Program-made: the position numbers and the translations under genes
The notes under the pieces: model-generated
What the model saw: only the letters and a program-made list of their open reading frames with translations
Told to the model about the DNA's origin: nothing
The model's database searches: none
Shown: one piece after another, positions 19,044 through 27,864 of the stretch
Position numbering within the stretch: position 1 is the stretch's first letter
Layout of the letters: the number at the start of each line of letters is the position of its first letter
Assembly (NCBI GenBank): GCA_016185065.1
Contig: JACPOL010000003.1
Coordinates: 113,609 to 177,608, forward strand
Length of the DNA: 64,000 bases
Direction: 5' to 3'
Origin: Chlamydiales bacterium
GTDB lineage: Bacteria; Chlamydiota; Chlamydiia; Chlamydiales; Rhabdochlamydiaceae

Positions 19044-19067
19044 TAGACCTCTTTCGAAAGAGGTCTA
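19044..19067. repeat. 24-bp perfect palindrome abutting the stop codon of the upstream gene
   Basis: tagacctctttcgaaagaggtcta. This is the same motif that forms the outer arms of the 18668-18831 element. It may act as a terminator or operator. No T-run is present. Confidence 0.7.
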
Positions 19068-20690
19068 TTAGATCGAGTCTTCAGTCTCAAGACGCGTGAG
19101 ATCTTCATGGCTATTTGTGCGGAAAAATTCCACCCCGAAACATTCGAAGATACCCCTAAAACAAGCATAGAGACCAACGATGATCTGGTGGAAAAGACGC
19201 GTGATGCAGGAGAGGCGAAGCTCCTCCCACCATAAGATATCTGCGCCGCGATTTTTTGTGATGAGCTCGCGACTCAGTGCTTCGGGATCGCTCTCAGAAG
19301 TTCTTTGCAGAGTTCCACTCTCAGTATAACGATGGGTAATCTTCTCTCCATCGTGATAAACCACCATGCTAGCCTGATTTTCTATAATCTTGCTCTTGTT
19401 GTAGAGCTCACCCACTCTAGTTGCATGGGTTCCAAAGTGGGGACCTCCTGGAGGTAGCTTCTGGAATACAGTTAACTTAACACGGACTCCTGCCAAACCG
19501 GCGCCAAGATGCTCTGTGCCAACGTGGTCAGCCTTATCGTTCTCATTTCTGAAGATGTGGATCTCTGGCTTATGATCGGAACCTGCGGCGCTAATCTCTT
19601 TTCTAAAACGCTCTGCCGTAGCTTCATCGACGCCTGGATCATTGAAAAAGAAGACTCTTGCTATGCGCTTCCAAAACTCTACTAGGAGCCGCTGCGCATG
19701 CGTCCCTCCAAGGCTATAGCCAACGAGATCGATCGGGCCATTAAAGAAGTTTGTGTCATTAAAAAGCTGCTCAAAAAGTTTCTTCGCGGCTCCAGCACCA
19801 CTCTCTCCAATATTATACTCCAGATCGTTGATCCAACTCGGCACAGCATTCTCCATAGTAGGAGCCACCTGAGTCGGACGAATGAAAATCGCGTGCCGCA
19901 TCTGCGAATCTACAGCAATCGGAACTAGCGCGTAGGCGACAAGACCGGCCACATTAATTTTCGAATACACTGAATAGTAGTCGAGCTCTCCACCCTCATC
20001 TAAAGTAGTGATAATCTCTCCCTTTTCAAACTCTTTGCTGACGAGGACTTTTGCAAGTCCTTCAAACGCAGGAAAGCCGGCAAATGGAAAAGGAAAGACC
20101 TGATCTTCTGTTAGCGCGTCTCTATTTTTTGACAGATGCTCATAATAAGAGAGCTTCTCTCTATCGAGCTTTAGAGGATTGTACTGAAGCATATCACCTA
20201 CAGACTCGGCACCACCCCTAATCCGTTCAACAGGGATCTCTTGGCCTAAATGCGCGCGCGTTCTAGCCGAGCTGAGATACTGAGCAACCTCTTCTTTCGT
20301 TATCGATCCGCGGTCAGCGAGATCGCTTTTAAATACTTTTGCTGCCCCAACGCCAATAGATTGAATATGGCGTGCTTTCAGGGGAGATCCCTTGTCAATT
20401 GCCTCTTGAAAATTTAATTTATATCGACTGCAAAATCTGCTCACCTCTTTTTCGAGAAAGGTAGCTCTTACAATCCGTTCAAAGATCTGCCAGCTTCTCT
20501 TATTACGAGCTTTTTCAGTGTCGGAAAGTTCAGCTGAGTAGGTGTAGCAGCAGTAGGAAATAGCCTCGGGAGCGTCCACACTCTCAAGCTCCTCCTCCTC
20601 ATTAAAAGAGAGAAACTGATCTTCTGGAAGAGCAGCTACTTTTGAATAGCAGGATTGAAGCTGAAATAGAGAGGCATTCAGTGAGCTCAT
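19068..20690 (-). CDS. Hypothetical protein with a lipase-like alpha/beta-hydrolase core
   Basis: 540 aa. Nucleophile elbow VGYSLGGTHAQ. Downstream candidate Asp (NENDKADH) and His (GPHFGTHA). Hydrophobic C-terminal segment (ITRLFHQIIVGLYACFRGIFECF). No signal peptide. Confidence 0.45.
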   Translation of the reverse strand: MSSLNASLFQLQSCYSKVAALPEDQFLSFNEEEELESVDAPEAISYCCYTYSAELSDTEKARNKRSWQIFERIVRATFLEKEVSRFCSRYKLNFQEAIDKGSPLKARHIQSIGVGAAKVFKSDLADRGSITKEEVAQYLSSARTRAHLGQEIPVERIRGGAESVGDMLQYNPLKLDREKLSYYEHLSKNRDALTEDQVFPFPFAGFPAFEGLAKVLVSKEFEKGEIITTLDEGGELDYYSVYSKINVAGLVAYALVPIAVDSQMRHAIFIRPTQVAPTMENAVPSWINDLEYNIGESGAGAAKKLFEQLFNDTNFFNGPIDLVGYSLGGTHAQRLLVEFWKRIARVFFFNDPGVDEATAERFRKEISAAGSDHKPEIHIFRNENDKADHVGTEHLGAGLAGVRVKLTVFQKLPPGGPHFGTHATRVGELYNKSKIIENQASMVVYHDGEKITHRYTESGTLQRTSESDPEALSRELITKNRGADILWWEELRLSCITRLFHQIIVGLYACFRGIFECFGVEFFRTNSHEDLTRLETEDSI

Positions 20691-20784
20691 TTTTCCCTTA
20701 AACCTTAGTATGATGAGGTACTATTTTAGCTGACGAATGACTTTTCTTATATGAAATTAATCAAATGAAATAATTAAAATTTAA

Positions 20785-21507
20785 CTATTCAGGGAGTTTC
20801 ATATTATGATAGACAGCGTCGACGTCGTCTAGATTCTCAAGCCACTCAATTAGAGCAAGATTATCCTTCGCCTTCTCAGAATCGCACTCGATCCAGACCT
20901 TGGGAATCATCTCTAAACTTGTTTCTTGACAGGTGTAGCCCATCTGCTCAATTTTTTCTTTGACCTGGTAGAGCAGATCCGGAGGAGTTGTGATAAGAAA
21001 GAGCTCCTCATTCGACTCGAAATCCTCCGCTCCAGCTTCTGAAACAGCTAAAAAGAGGGCGTCTTCGTCAACTCCTTTTTTGAGAACCTGGATGAAGCCC
21101 TTTCTATCAAAATTAAACATGACAGCCCCAGGATTCGCGACCGTGCCACCGCGCTTATTCGTGGCTATCCGCATGTCTGATGAGGTGCGATTCTTATTGT
21201 CCGTCATGATCTCTACAATGATTCCCACTCCGCCATGCCCATAGAGCTCATAGGTCAACTCTTCAAAGTCCGCCTGATCGGTGCTAGAGGCCTTCTTGAT
21301 GTTGCGCTCGATATTGTCGGCAGGGAGGTTATTCTCGCGCGCCTTCTGAATCACAAGCCGCAGCTTGGAGTTGGATTTGGGATCGGGACCTCCCTGCTTT
21401 ACCGCAGAGATGATCTCCTTGGTAAGACGAGAAAAGAGCTTCCCCTTGATCGCATCGGAGCGCCCTTTGCGGTGTTTGATGTTTGCCCACTTACTATGAC
21501 CTGCCAT
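20785..21507 (-). CDS. yebC: YebC/PmpR family DNA-binding transcriptional regulator
   Basis: 240 aa starting MAGHSKWANIKHRKG, the invariant family N-terminus. Confidence 0.95.
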   Translation of the reverse strand: MAGHSKWANIKHRKGRSDAIKGKLFSRLTKEIISAVKQGGPDPKSNSKLRLVIQKARENNLPADNIERNIKKASSTDQADFEELTYELYGHGGVGIIVEIMTDNKNRTSSDMRIATNKRGGTVANPGAVMFNFDRKGFIQVLKKGVDEDALFLAVSEAGAEDFESNEELFLITTPPDLLYQVKEKIEQMGYTCQETSLEMIPKVWIECDSEKAKDNLALIEWLENLDDVDAVYHNMKLPE

Positions 21508-21522
21508 ATTCCCACTCGATTT

Positions 21523-22026
21523 CTATAATATTTTTTGCATCATGATCTTGGAGATATACTCCCCGCTGTCTCGAATGAAGTGAGTCTCCACCCCATACTG
21601 GACAAAGCCCATTCTTCGATAGAGATGAATCGCTGGATTTCCCTCGTATACTTCCAGGTGCAAGATCTCTAAATTGAACTTCTCTTTTGCCACTTTAATT
21701 AGATAGGTAAGAAGAGTTGTCCCGATCCCCTTATTCCGGAATTTTTCGGAGACGATAATAGCAAAAAGAGACTGGTGTGCCAACTTTTTATAGGGCTGAA
21801 GGTAGAGATTTGCGACTCCGCATGGAACCCCGTCGCACTCAATTGTAAAACACGCCTCATGTTTTGCATAGCTAACCCAGATTCTCACGGCATCCTCTAC
21901 TTCGCGCTCATCAAACATGGGGAACCAGCGGAGTACGCCAGGCTCAAAGAGCCAGCTCTTGAGATGCTCCGAGTCCTCTGGTTCTGTAATGCGGATGTGT
22001 AGCTTAGGAGCGGTCTGTTGATTCAT
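21523..22026 (-). CDS. GNAT family N-acetyltransferase (tandem copy 2)
   Basis: 167 aa. FRNKGIGTTLL (Q/RxxGxG/A acetyl-CoA motif). Paralogous to the next gene. Confidence 0.75.
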   Translation of the reverse strand: MNQQTAPKLHIRITEPEDSEHLKSWLFEPGVLRWFPMFDEREVEDAVRIWVSYAKHEACFTIECDGVPCGVANLYLQPYKKLAHQSLFAIIVSEKFRNKGIGTTLLTYLIKVAKEKFNLEILHLEVYEGNPAIHLYRRMGFVQYGVETHFIRDSGEYISKIMMQKIL

Positions 22027-22036
22027 TTCGTTTGTC

Positions 22037-22537
22037 TCACAAGAAGCATTCGAATAGTAGGCGCGCTAGGTAGGTCTCTCCCTCTTTCACAAAGCGCTCC
22101 TGTTTGGCAAATTGACGAAACCCCTCTTTCTGCAAAAGTTTTACAAGAGGATTACCCTCGTAAACCTCTACGTGTAGGATCTGCAGGCGGAAGTAGCTTT
22201 TAGCAAGATGTTTAAGATTTTTTATCAGCTCCGTCCCGACGCCTCTTCTCTGAAATTTCGGGTCGACAATAACTTTAATTAAGCAGTGGTGGGCCACTTT
22301 GCGATAGGGCATCAGAAATAGAGTTCCGATTGCGCAGGGCACCCCATCGATTGTACAAGTCAAACTGCAGCTCCAGCGTGAGAAGCTCGCCCACGCCTGC
22401 GCTGCATCTTCAATCTCTTTCTCCTCCTGCATGGGAAACCAGTGCAGCATACCAGGAGCATTCAGCCACTCCTTTAGATTAGAAGCGTCGGTTAGCTGCG
22501 TGTAGCGAATCTCAAATCCAGGAATCTTCTCACTCAT
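22037..22537 (-). CDS. GNAT family N-acetyltransferase (tandem copy 1)
   Basis: 166 aa. FQRRGVGTELI. Shares WFPM..E.E.EDA..W and HLEVYEGNP blocks with 21523-22026. Confidence 0.75.
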   Translation of the reverse strand: MSEKIPGFEIRYTQLTDASNLKEWLNAPGMLHWFPMQEEKEIEDAAQAWASFSRWSCSLTCTIDGVPCAIGTLFLMPYRKVAHHCLIKVIVDPKFQRRGVGTELIKNLKHLAKSYFRLQILHVEVYEGNPLVKLLQKEGFRQFAKQERFVKEGETYLARLLFECFL

Positions 22538-22539
22538 AT

Positions 22540-23635
22540 CTATCCAAACTCTTTGAGATAAGCGTTGATAAAATCATCGATCTCCCCATCCATTACAGCG
22601 TGTACATTTCCCACTTCGTACTTGGTTCTTGCATCTTTGACAAGTGTATAAGGTTGGAAGACGTAACTGCGGATCTGACTGCCCCAGCCAATCTCCTTCT
22701 TCTCTCCACCCATCTCCTTAAGCTTCTCCTGCCTCTCGTTGTACTCCTTCTCGTACAGCTTAGCGCGGAGCATCTTCATGCAGGTCTCTTTATTATTCAC
22801 CTGACTTCTCTCGCTCTGGCAGGAGACGACCATCCCCGAGGGAGCGTGGGTAATGCGCACAGCCGAGTCTGTCTTATTGACGTGCTGGCCGCCCGCACCC
22901 GAAGCGCGGTAGGTGTCGACGCGAATATCCTCAGGCCTGATCTCAATCTTGATCTCATCGCCAATTTCGGGCGTTACATCAACAGAGGCGAAGCTCGTAT
23001 GGCGTCTGGCATTACTATCAAAAGGAGAGATCCGAACAAGTCTATGAACTCCCTTCTCCGCTTTTGCATACCCGTAGGCAAAAGCCCCTGTGATTTTGAA
23101 GGTGATGCTCTTTATCCCTGCCACCTCTCCCTCGGTCGCTTCCAAAGCCTCAACCCCCCATCCCCTCTTTGTCGCCCACCTCTCATACATCCGAGAGAGC
23201 ATGAGCGCCCAGTCGCACGCCTCCGTGCCACCCGCTCCAGAATTAATGCTTAAGTAGCAATTTTTTGAGTCGAGCTCGCCCGAGAGCATCTTGCGCACCT
23301 CGAGCTCTTCAAGAATTTTCTCAACAGCATCGAGCTCGCCAAGAAGTTCTTGAACTAGCTCACTCTCTCCACACTCTTCAGCTTCGGGGAGCAGGCTTGC
23401 GGTATTTTCAAATCTCTGTTTGATCTCTTTATAAGGTATCGTCCATGCTTTCAGGTCGTTACACTCTGAAATCACACCTTGAGCGAGCGCAGCATCCTCC
23501 CAAAAAGCTGGCGAGGCCATCTGCTGTTCAAATTCTTCTACCCTCTTTTCTTTTGTAGCCAGGTCAAAGATACCTCCACATGTGGAGGAGTCGGCTTTCG
23601 ATACTCTTCAGACGATCTTGTGTCTGTTCGTTCAT
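22540..23635 (-). CDS. prfB: Peptide chain release factor 2, requiring a programmed +1 frameshift
   Basis: Frame A reads MNEQTQDRLKSIESRLLHMWRYL then TGA (23635-23564). The +1 frame continues into the 326-aa track ORF, which carries SPF (RISPFDS) and GGQ (SGAGGQHVN). Confidence 0.9.
23563..23577 (-). promoter_or_regulatory. RF2 +1 frameshift site with internal Shine-Dalgarno
   Basis: The minus strand reads GGAGG-TAT-CTT-TGA-C. The slippery CUU UGA C and the SD spacing match the E. coli prfB site (AGGGGG UAU CUU UGA C). Confidence 0.85.
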
Positions 23636-23763
23636 AAATCTCCCATTGTTATACCTACAATAAATTCCTTTGGAGCGTGAGATCAACAAGAAAATGTCTA
23701 CTTTACAACAATCTCACCCCCACTGATAATATTCTGGAAATTTAATCTCTTGGAGGAGAAAAC

Positions 23764-25245
23764 ATGGCAACCGCTACTACACCACAAGCAACACAAGCTT
23801 TAATAGCTAAAACAGACTTCGCTGCTGAAGCAGCTAACTGCTGGCAGCACACAACTGAGATCGGCGCTCAAGTTGGAACATGGGCCCTTGACGGCGTATC
23901 CTACTCAGCTGTCTGGATCCAAGATACTGCTATCTGGTTAAAAGATGGCGCGCTCGTCTTTTTCGACTTCATGTACGACATGGCAGTAAAAATTTACGTC
24001 GCTCTTGCTCCTCACTTTGCCGCTTTTGGTAGAGCAGTTGCAGAAGCCGCAACAGCTGCTTACGTCTTCACAGCAGACTTTGTAAGAGCTCATCCTGAAG
24101 AGACACTCATCGGCTTAGCTGTCCTTACAGCTGCAGCTCTCCTCGCTGTCGTCATCACAGTTCTCTGCGACTGCTGCGCAGGCGCTGCACTCCCTCCTCC
24201 TCCTCCAACCCCACGTGAAGCAGCGATCGCAGCCGGAAGAGCAACTGCCGCAGAACCTGCCGCATCACTCACTCAACGCACAGTTGATGCGATCATTGCA
24301 ACACTGCCAGTACTGGCTGATGCAGCTGCAGCTCAAGCGCGCATTTTAAGAGCTCTTCATGCAGGGCAGACTGAAGCCGCCAAAGTTGGAGCAACTCGCG
24401 ATGCTGTAATCACAGCAATCGTAGACGCAGCTCTAACTGTTCCAGCTCCCGCTCCTACTCCACGTGAAGCCGCAATTGCAGCCGGAAGAGCAGCAGCAGG
24501 TGCTGCCGATGCAGGACAGGTTCAGCGCATTGCTGATGCAATGGTTGCAACCCTACCAGCAGCTGCTGCCCATGACACAGCTGAGGCACGCGCTGGAAGA
24601 GTTCTTGCTGCCGGACAAACTGAAACTGCAAGACAAGGATCGTCTCTCGATTCAATTCTTGGTGTAATGGCAACTGTAGCCTTTACAGCACTACCACTTC
24701 CACCACCACCTCCTCCTGCTAGAAGCCAAGCTAGAATCCACCTGGATGCAGTTATTGCCGCAGGAAACGTTGCAGCAGGAGCTGGCCAGACTCTTGCGCA
24801 GCACGGAGAAGCTATTGCTGATGCGATGGTTGCATCGCTTCCAGCAACAGTTGACGCAGGTGCGGCTCAAGCACGCGCTCAAGCAGCTCGCCAAGCAGCA
24901 GCTACGGCAGCAGCAGTACAAAACGCAACTGCTAACGATATCATCATTGCAGTTGCAGCAGCTGTTGCACCTGCATCACCAGCTCAGATAGAGTTCGCAC
25001 AAAAGCTAGCAGCTGGAAGAGCTGTTGTTGCACTTGACACTGTTGCACTAGCTGACTTCGCTAACCTCGCTGTTGATGCGATGGTTGGACCTGCACCAGT
25101 AGGACAGGCCGAAGCAGCAGCCCATGGTGGACGTGCTATGGCAGCTCGTGCTGTAGCGGCCACAGCAGTAGCAGTACAGAACGCAACTCGCGAAACTGTG
25201 ATCCAAGCGATAGCAGGTCATCTCGTTCCTAACCACAACGCTTAA
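23764..25245 (+). CDS. Alanine-rich repeat protein with a hydrophobic N-terminal region (Inc/effector-like)
   Basis: 493 aa. GGAGG RBS 7 nt upstream. Hydrophobic segments lie within residues about 33-140. Four modules of about 83-90 aa follow, each introduced by a Pro-rich linker (PPPPPTPREAAIAAGRA at aa 144-160, PAPAPTPREAAIAAGRA at aa 227-242). Confidence 0.6.
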   Translation: MATATTPQATQALIAKTDFAAEAANCWQHTTEIGAQVGTWALDGVSYSAVWIQDTAIWLKDGALVFFDFMYDMAVKIYVALAPHFAAFGRAVAEAATAAYVFTADFVRAHPEETLIGLAVLTAAALLAVVITVLCDCCAGAALPPPPPTPREAAIAAGRATAAEPAASLTQRTVDAIIATLPVLADAAAAQARILRALHAGQTEAAKVGATRDAVITAIVDAALTVPAPAPTPREAAIAAGRAAAGAADAGQVQRIADAMVATLPAAAAHDTAEARAGRVLAAGQTETARQGSSLDSILGVMATVAFTALPLPPPPPPARSQARIHLDAVIAAGNVAAGAGQTLAQHGEAIADAMVASLPATVDAGAAQARAQAARQAAATAAAVQNATANDIIIAVAAAVAPASPAQIEFAQKLAAGRAVVALDTVALADFANLAVDAMVGPAPVGQAEAAAHGGRAMAARAVAATAVAVQNATRETVIQAIAGHLVPNHNA

Positions 25246-25267
25246 TCCAAGTAAGCTAAGAACGTAG

Positions 25268-25305
25268 AAAAAGGCTCGGGGCTAAAACCCCGAGCCTTTT
25301 TTTTA
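25268..25305 (+). terminator. Rho-independent terminator
   Basis: aaaaaggctcgggg-ctaaaa-ccccgagccttttttttat. GC-rich 9-bp stem followed by a T-run, 23 nt after the stop. Confidence 0.85.
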
Positions 25306-25310
25306 TCCCC

Positions 25311-25437
25311 TCTTTTTTGGAGTGCGGCGACCCGGCGCCGCTTTTCTTGAGATCGACTCGGCGATCTCTCCTCAAAGAAACATCGCCAGGGCGATGTTGA
25401 GAAAAGCGGCGCCAGGTCGCCGCACTCCAAAAAAAGA
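25311..25437. repeat. Cruciform-type palindromic element (GGAGTGCGGCGACC family), full copy
   Basis: Arms tcttttttggagtgcggcgacccggcgccgcttttct and agaaaagcggcgccaggtcgccgcactccaaaaaaaga enclose two small hairpins (gagatcgactcggcgatctc and aacatcgccagggcgatgtt). A half copy lies at 47626-47688. Confidence 0.85.
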
Positions 25438-25444
25438 GAATCTG

Positions 25445-27616
25445 TTATTTGGAGAGGCTTAGACGGAAATCCTCTGTGATCTGATAGCGCCACGACCAGC
25501 TGGGCTGTGAGATACGCTCTCTGATAAAACGAACCCTACCTTCTACACTCATCGCTGTGACGCGCACTCCATCCTCTACAACGATTGAAAGAGGGCCTTT
25601 CAATGTGACATTTTCGGCATAGAACTCTCCACTTCCGTGGATGAGAATGCGGCACTCCTCTTTGCGCGCAACCTCCTGCTTCCAGAAGGTGTTTCTGGCT
25701 TGCCAGTCGATTCCCTGATTATGGATGTGCACATTTTTAAGCGTGCACTTGCCCGCCTTTTCTGAATAGATAAGCGCTCCTGTGGAATCCGGCTCTCCCA
25801 TCGGCTCTCTAGCCTCGATGGTCAAGCTTCCATCCAGATCGATGTTCAAAATTTCAACCTCAGCAATCTCTAGCTTAAGTTCGCTTCCAGAGGTGATCTT
25901 TCCTCTGCGGAGCTTCTGCGCAATGATCGTGTAAAGCGGGCCTAGAGCTGGGTGGTAGGAGAAGAGGAAGGGAAAGGGGAGCCCTCTCTTAATTTCAATC
26001 AGCTCCAATTTGCAAAAGTCGAGTAGTAGTTCCCGTGCATTCTCCTGGAGATCGATAAAGCAGCCCTCTGGCGTCTCACCGAGCTGGCCGCCAAGCACAT
26101 ACTCGCGCTTAACTGTAGAGATCGTCTTCCTTCTATCATTTAGGGTGAGAAAGGTCCGCATCTCCTCTCTTCTCTTTCCTTTGGGAAGTGGCTCAGGAAA
26201 GGACTGCACAAAGCAGTCGGCAATATTCTGCATCGTCGACTCGAGGCGAGCGACCTCCTCTTCAATGATTTGATTATCCCGCTTGTAGCTCATCTTCTTT
26301 GGATTGATCACTACGCCGGGAAACGGACAGTCGATAACCGCCTGATTCACCGCTTCCAGATCTATAAAAAGAATGTTCGTATTAGATGAGAATTTGGAGT
26401 GTTCGGGATCTCTCTTCTCCGTCTGGTCTACAACTTGGCACTTTTGCAGGTCGCAATACTCGATGTTGGTGAGAACATACTCCATCCCCTCATCTTTCTT
26501 TCGTTCAAGAAGGACGTTCGTTCCTTCCATCGCTCCAGCCTTTCGCGGGCAGGAGGCGAAGCCAAAAATTTTATTCTCTTTAAAGCCCACTCCCGTGAAA
26601 ACCAGCAGACCGTAGTCGATTCCAGCAATCGGATTATTGATCTGCCTCACAAGTGCTTTTCTCTTTCCTAAGCTCGCCAGCCACTCGAATGCTCTGCTAT
26701 CTCGAGCTAGTTTCCAAATAACACCATGTCCACCCGGCTTAAGAAGAAGTTGAAGAGGGCCTTGCATGCACCACTCTCCTTTCGTATTCATCGAAGGAAC
26801 AGAGGGCTGCGAGAAGAAGTGAAAGGAGCTCTTCGGTCTTCCAAACCAGCCGTTTGATTCGCAGATCGAGAGGATCTGCGCCTCATTGTCCTTCTCTTGC
26901 GATGTCATCATCACAATTGGTGTCTGCACCTGCTGGCCAAAGAGCTTGTAGTGCAGATACTCGCGCGCTTGAAGATCTCGGATCATTCCTTCTAGAAGAG
27001 TCTTTCCACCAAAGGGAAGCTTAGCAGCAGGAAGAGGAGTTCCGCTCTTGGGGTCTTTAAAATTTAATCGATCGGCTGCGCCGCCTACAGGGTAGATCTC
27101 CGCCATTTCCGATATCTTCTCAATCCCTGCAATGAGCGCTTCGCGCACCTCTCTCGTCTCTACGTAGATATCTACTCCTTCAGGAGGATGGTAGCTCACT
27201 TCGCTGGTTTCAGCGGGCGTCTCTCCCGCGAGCAGGCAGCGCTGCATAAGAAGGTGGTAACCGACAATTCCGCCGATCTCTTTGTAGAAACGCTCTACAG
27301 CAATCAGTTCTGTGACTAGCTGCTGAAGTTTCTGGAGTGCATCTGGATCTCGAGAAGGGAAAGAGAGGACGCGCGGGCCTTGACCTGTCGCTGCGACAGC
27401 TTTGATAACGAGCTGACTCTCTTTCGGAAGATCGCTTAGCAGACTACGTAGAATGCTAGGCAGCCTAAAGAACTCTTCCACTCTTGGGAATGCGTCTAGT
27501 AGGCTGATTTTCTCTTCAAGAGAAGCGGCTCTTTTTAGCCCCTCTACAAGAGGCGAAATCTGCGCACACTCGCTCTCCAAACTGGTAGTTTCTCTTTCAA
27601 TACTCGTGGTAGGCAT
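25445..27616 (-). CDS. UTP--sugar-1-phosphate uridylyltransferase (eukaryote-type UDPGP family) with a C-terminal extension
   Basis: YPVGGAADRL and LKPGGHGVIW motifs of the UDPGP family. I chose the ATG at 27616 (AAGGTG RBS 6 nt upstream). The track GTG start is at 27640. Confidence 0.65.
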   Translation of the reverse strand: MPTTSIERETTSLESECAQISPLVEGLKRAASLEEKISLLDAFPRVEEFFRLPSILRSLLSDLPKESQLVIKAVAATGQGPRVLSFPSRDPDALQKLQQLVTELIAVERFYKEIGGIVGYHLLMQRCLLAGETPAETSEVSYHPPEGVDIYVETREVREALIAGIEKISEMAEIYPVGGAADRLNFKDPKSGTPLPAAKLPFGGKTLLEGMIRDLQAREYLHYKLFGQQVQTPIVMMTSQEKDNEAQILSICESNGWFGRPKSSFHFFSQPSVPSMNTKGEWCMQGPLQLLLKPGGHGVIWKLARDSRAFEWLASLGKRKALVRQINNPIAGIDYGLLVFTGVGFKENKIFGFASCPRKAGAMEGTNVLLERKKDEGMEYVLTNIEYCDLQKCQVVDQTEKRDPEHSKFSSNTNILFIDLEAVNQAVIDCPFPGVVINPKKMSYKRDNQIIEEEVARLESTMQNIADCFVQSFPEPLPKGKRREEMRTFLTLNDRRKTISTVKREYVLGGQLGETPEGCFIDLQENARELLLDFCKLELIEIKRGLPFPFLFSYHPALGPLYTIIAQKLRRGKITSGSELKLEIAEVEILNIDLDGSLTIEAREPMGEPDSTGALIYSEKAGKCTLKNVHIHNQGIDWQARNTFWKQEVARKEECRILIHGSGEFYAENVTLKGPLSIVVEDGVRVTAMSVEGRVRFIRERISQPSWSWRYQITEDFRLSLSK

Positions 27617-27864
27617 AGAAAACACCTTGCCACTCCGCACCGCTAAAAGGCAAGTATTTCCTTTGATAAAAATCGTCTATGAACTGTTAAAATTTTTCCT
27701 TTTTCTGCTTCTTCTTTCGATTTTTTTTGACTATAATGCCTCGAGAAAGCTACAACAGTCTTTCGAGGAATGAACTAAACCACCCTCGAGAATCTATCCA
27801 GAAAAGTTCTTTTTACTTTATAGGATAGTCCCTAAGAAGGTGTTCACAATAAGGAGAACGTACA

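Noticed and set aside
22600-23253. 217-aa plus-strand ORF.
   Set aside because: It is antisense to prfB, which has clear GGQ and SPF motifs. It has no recognisable motif and is a shadow frame.
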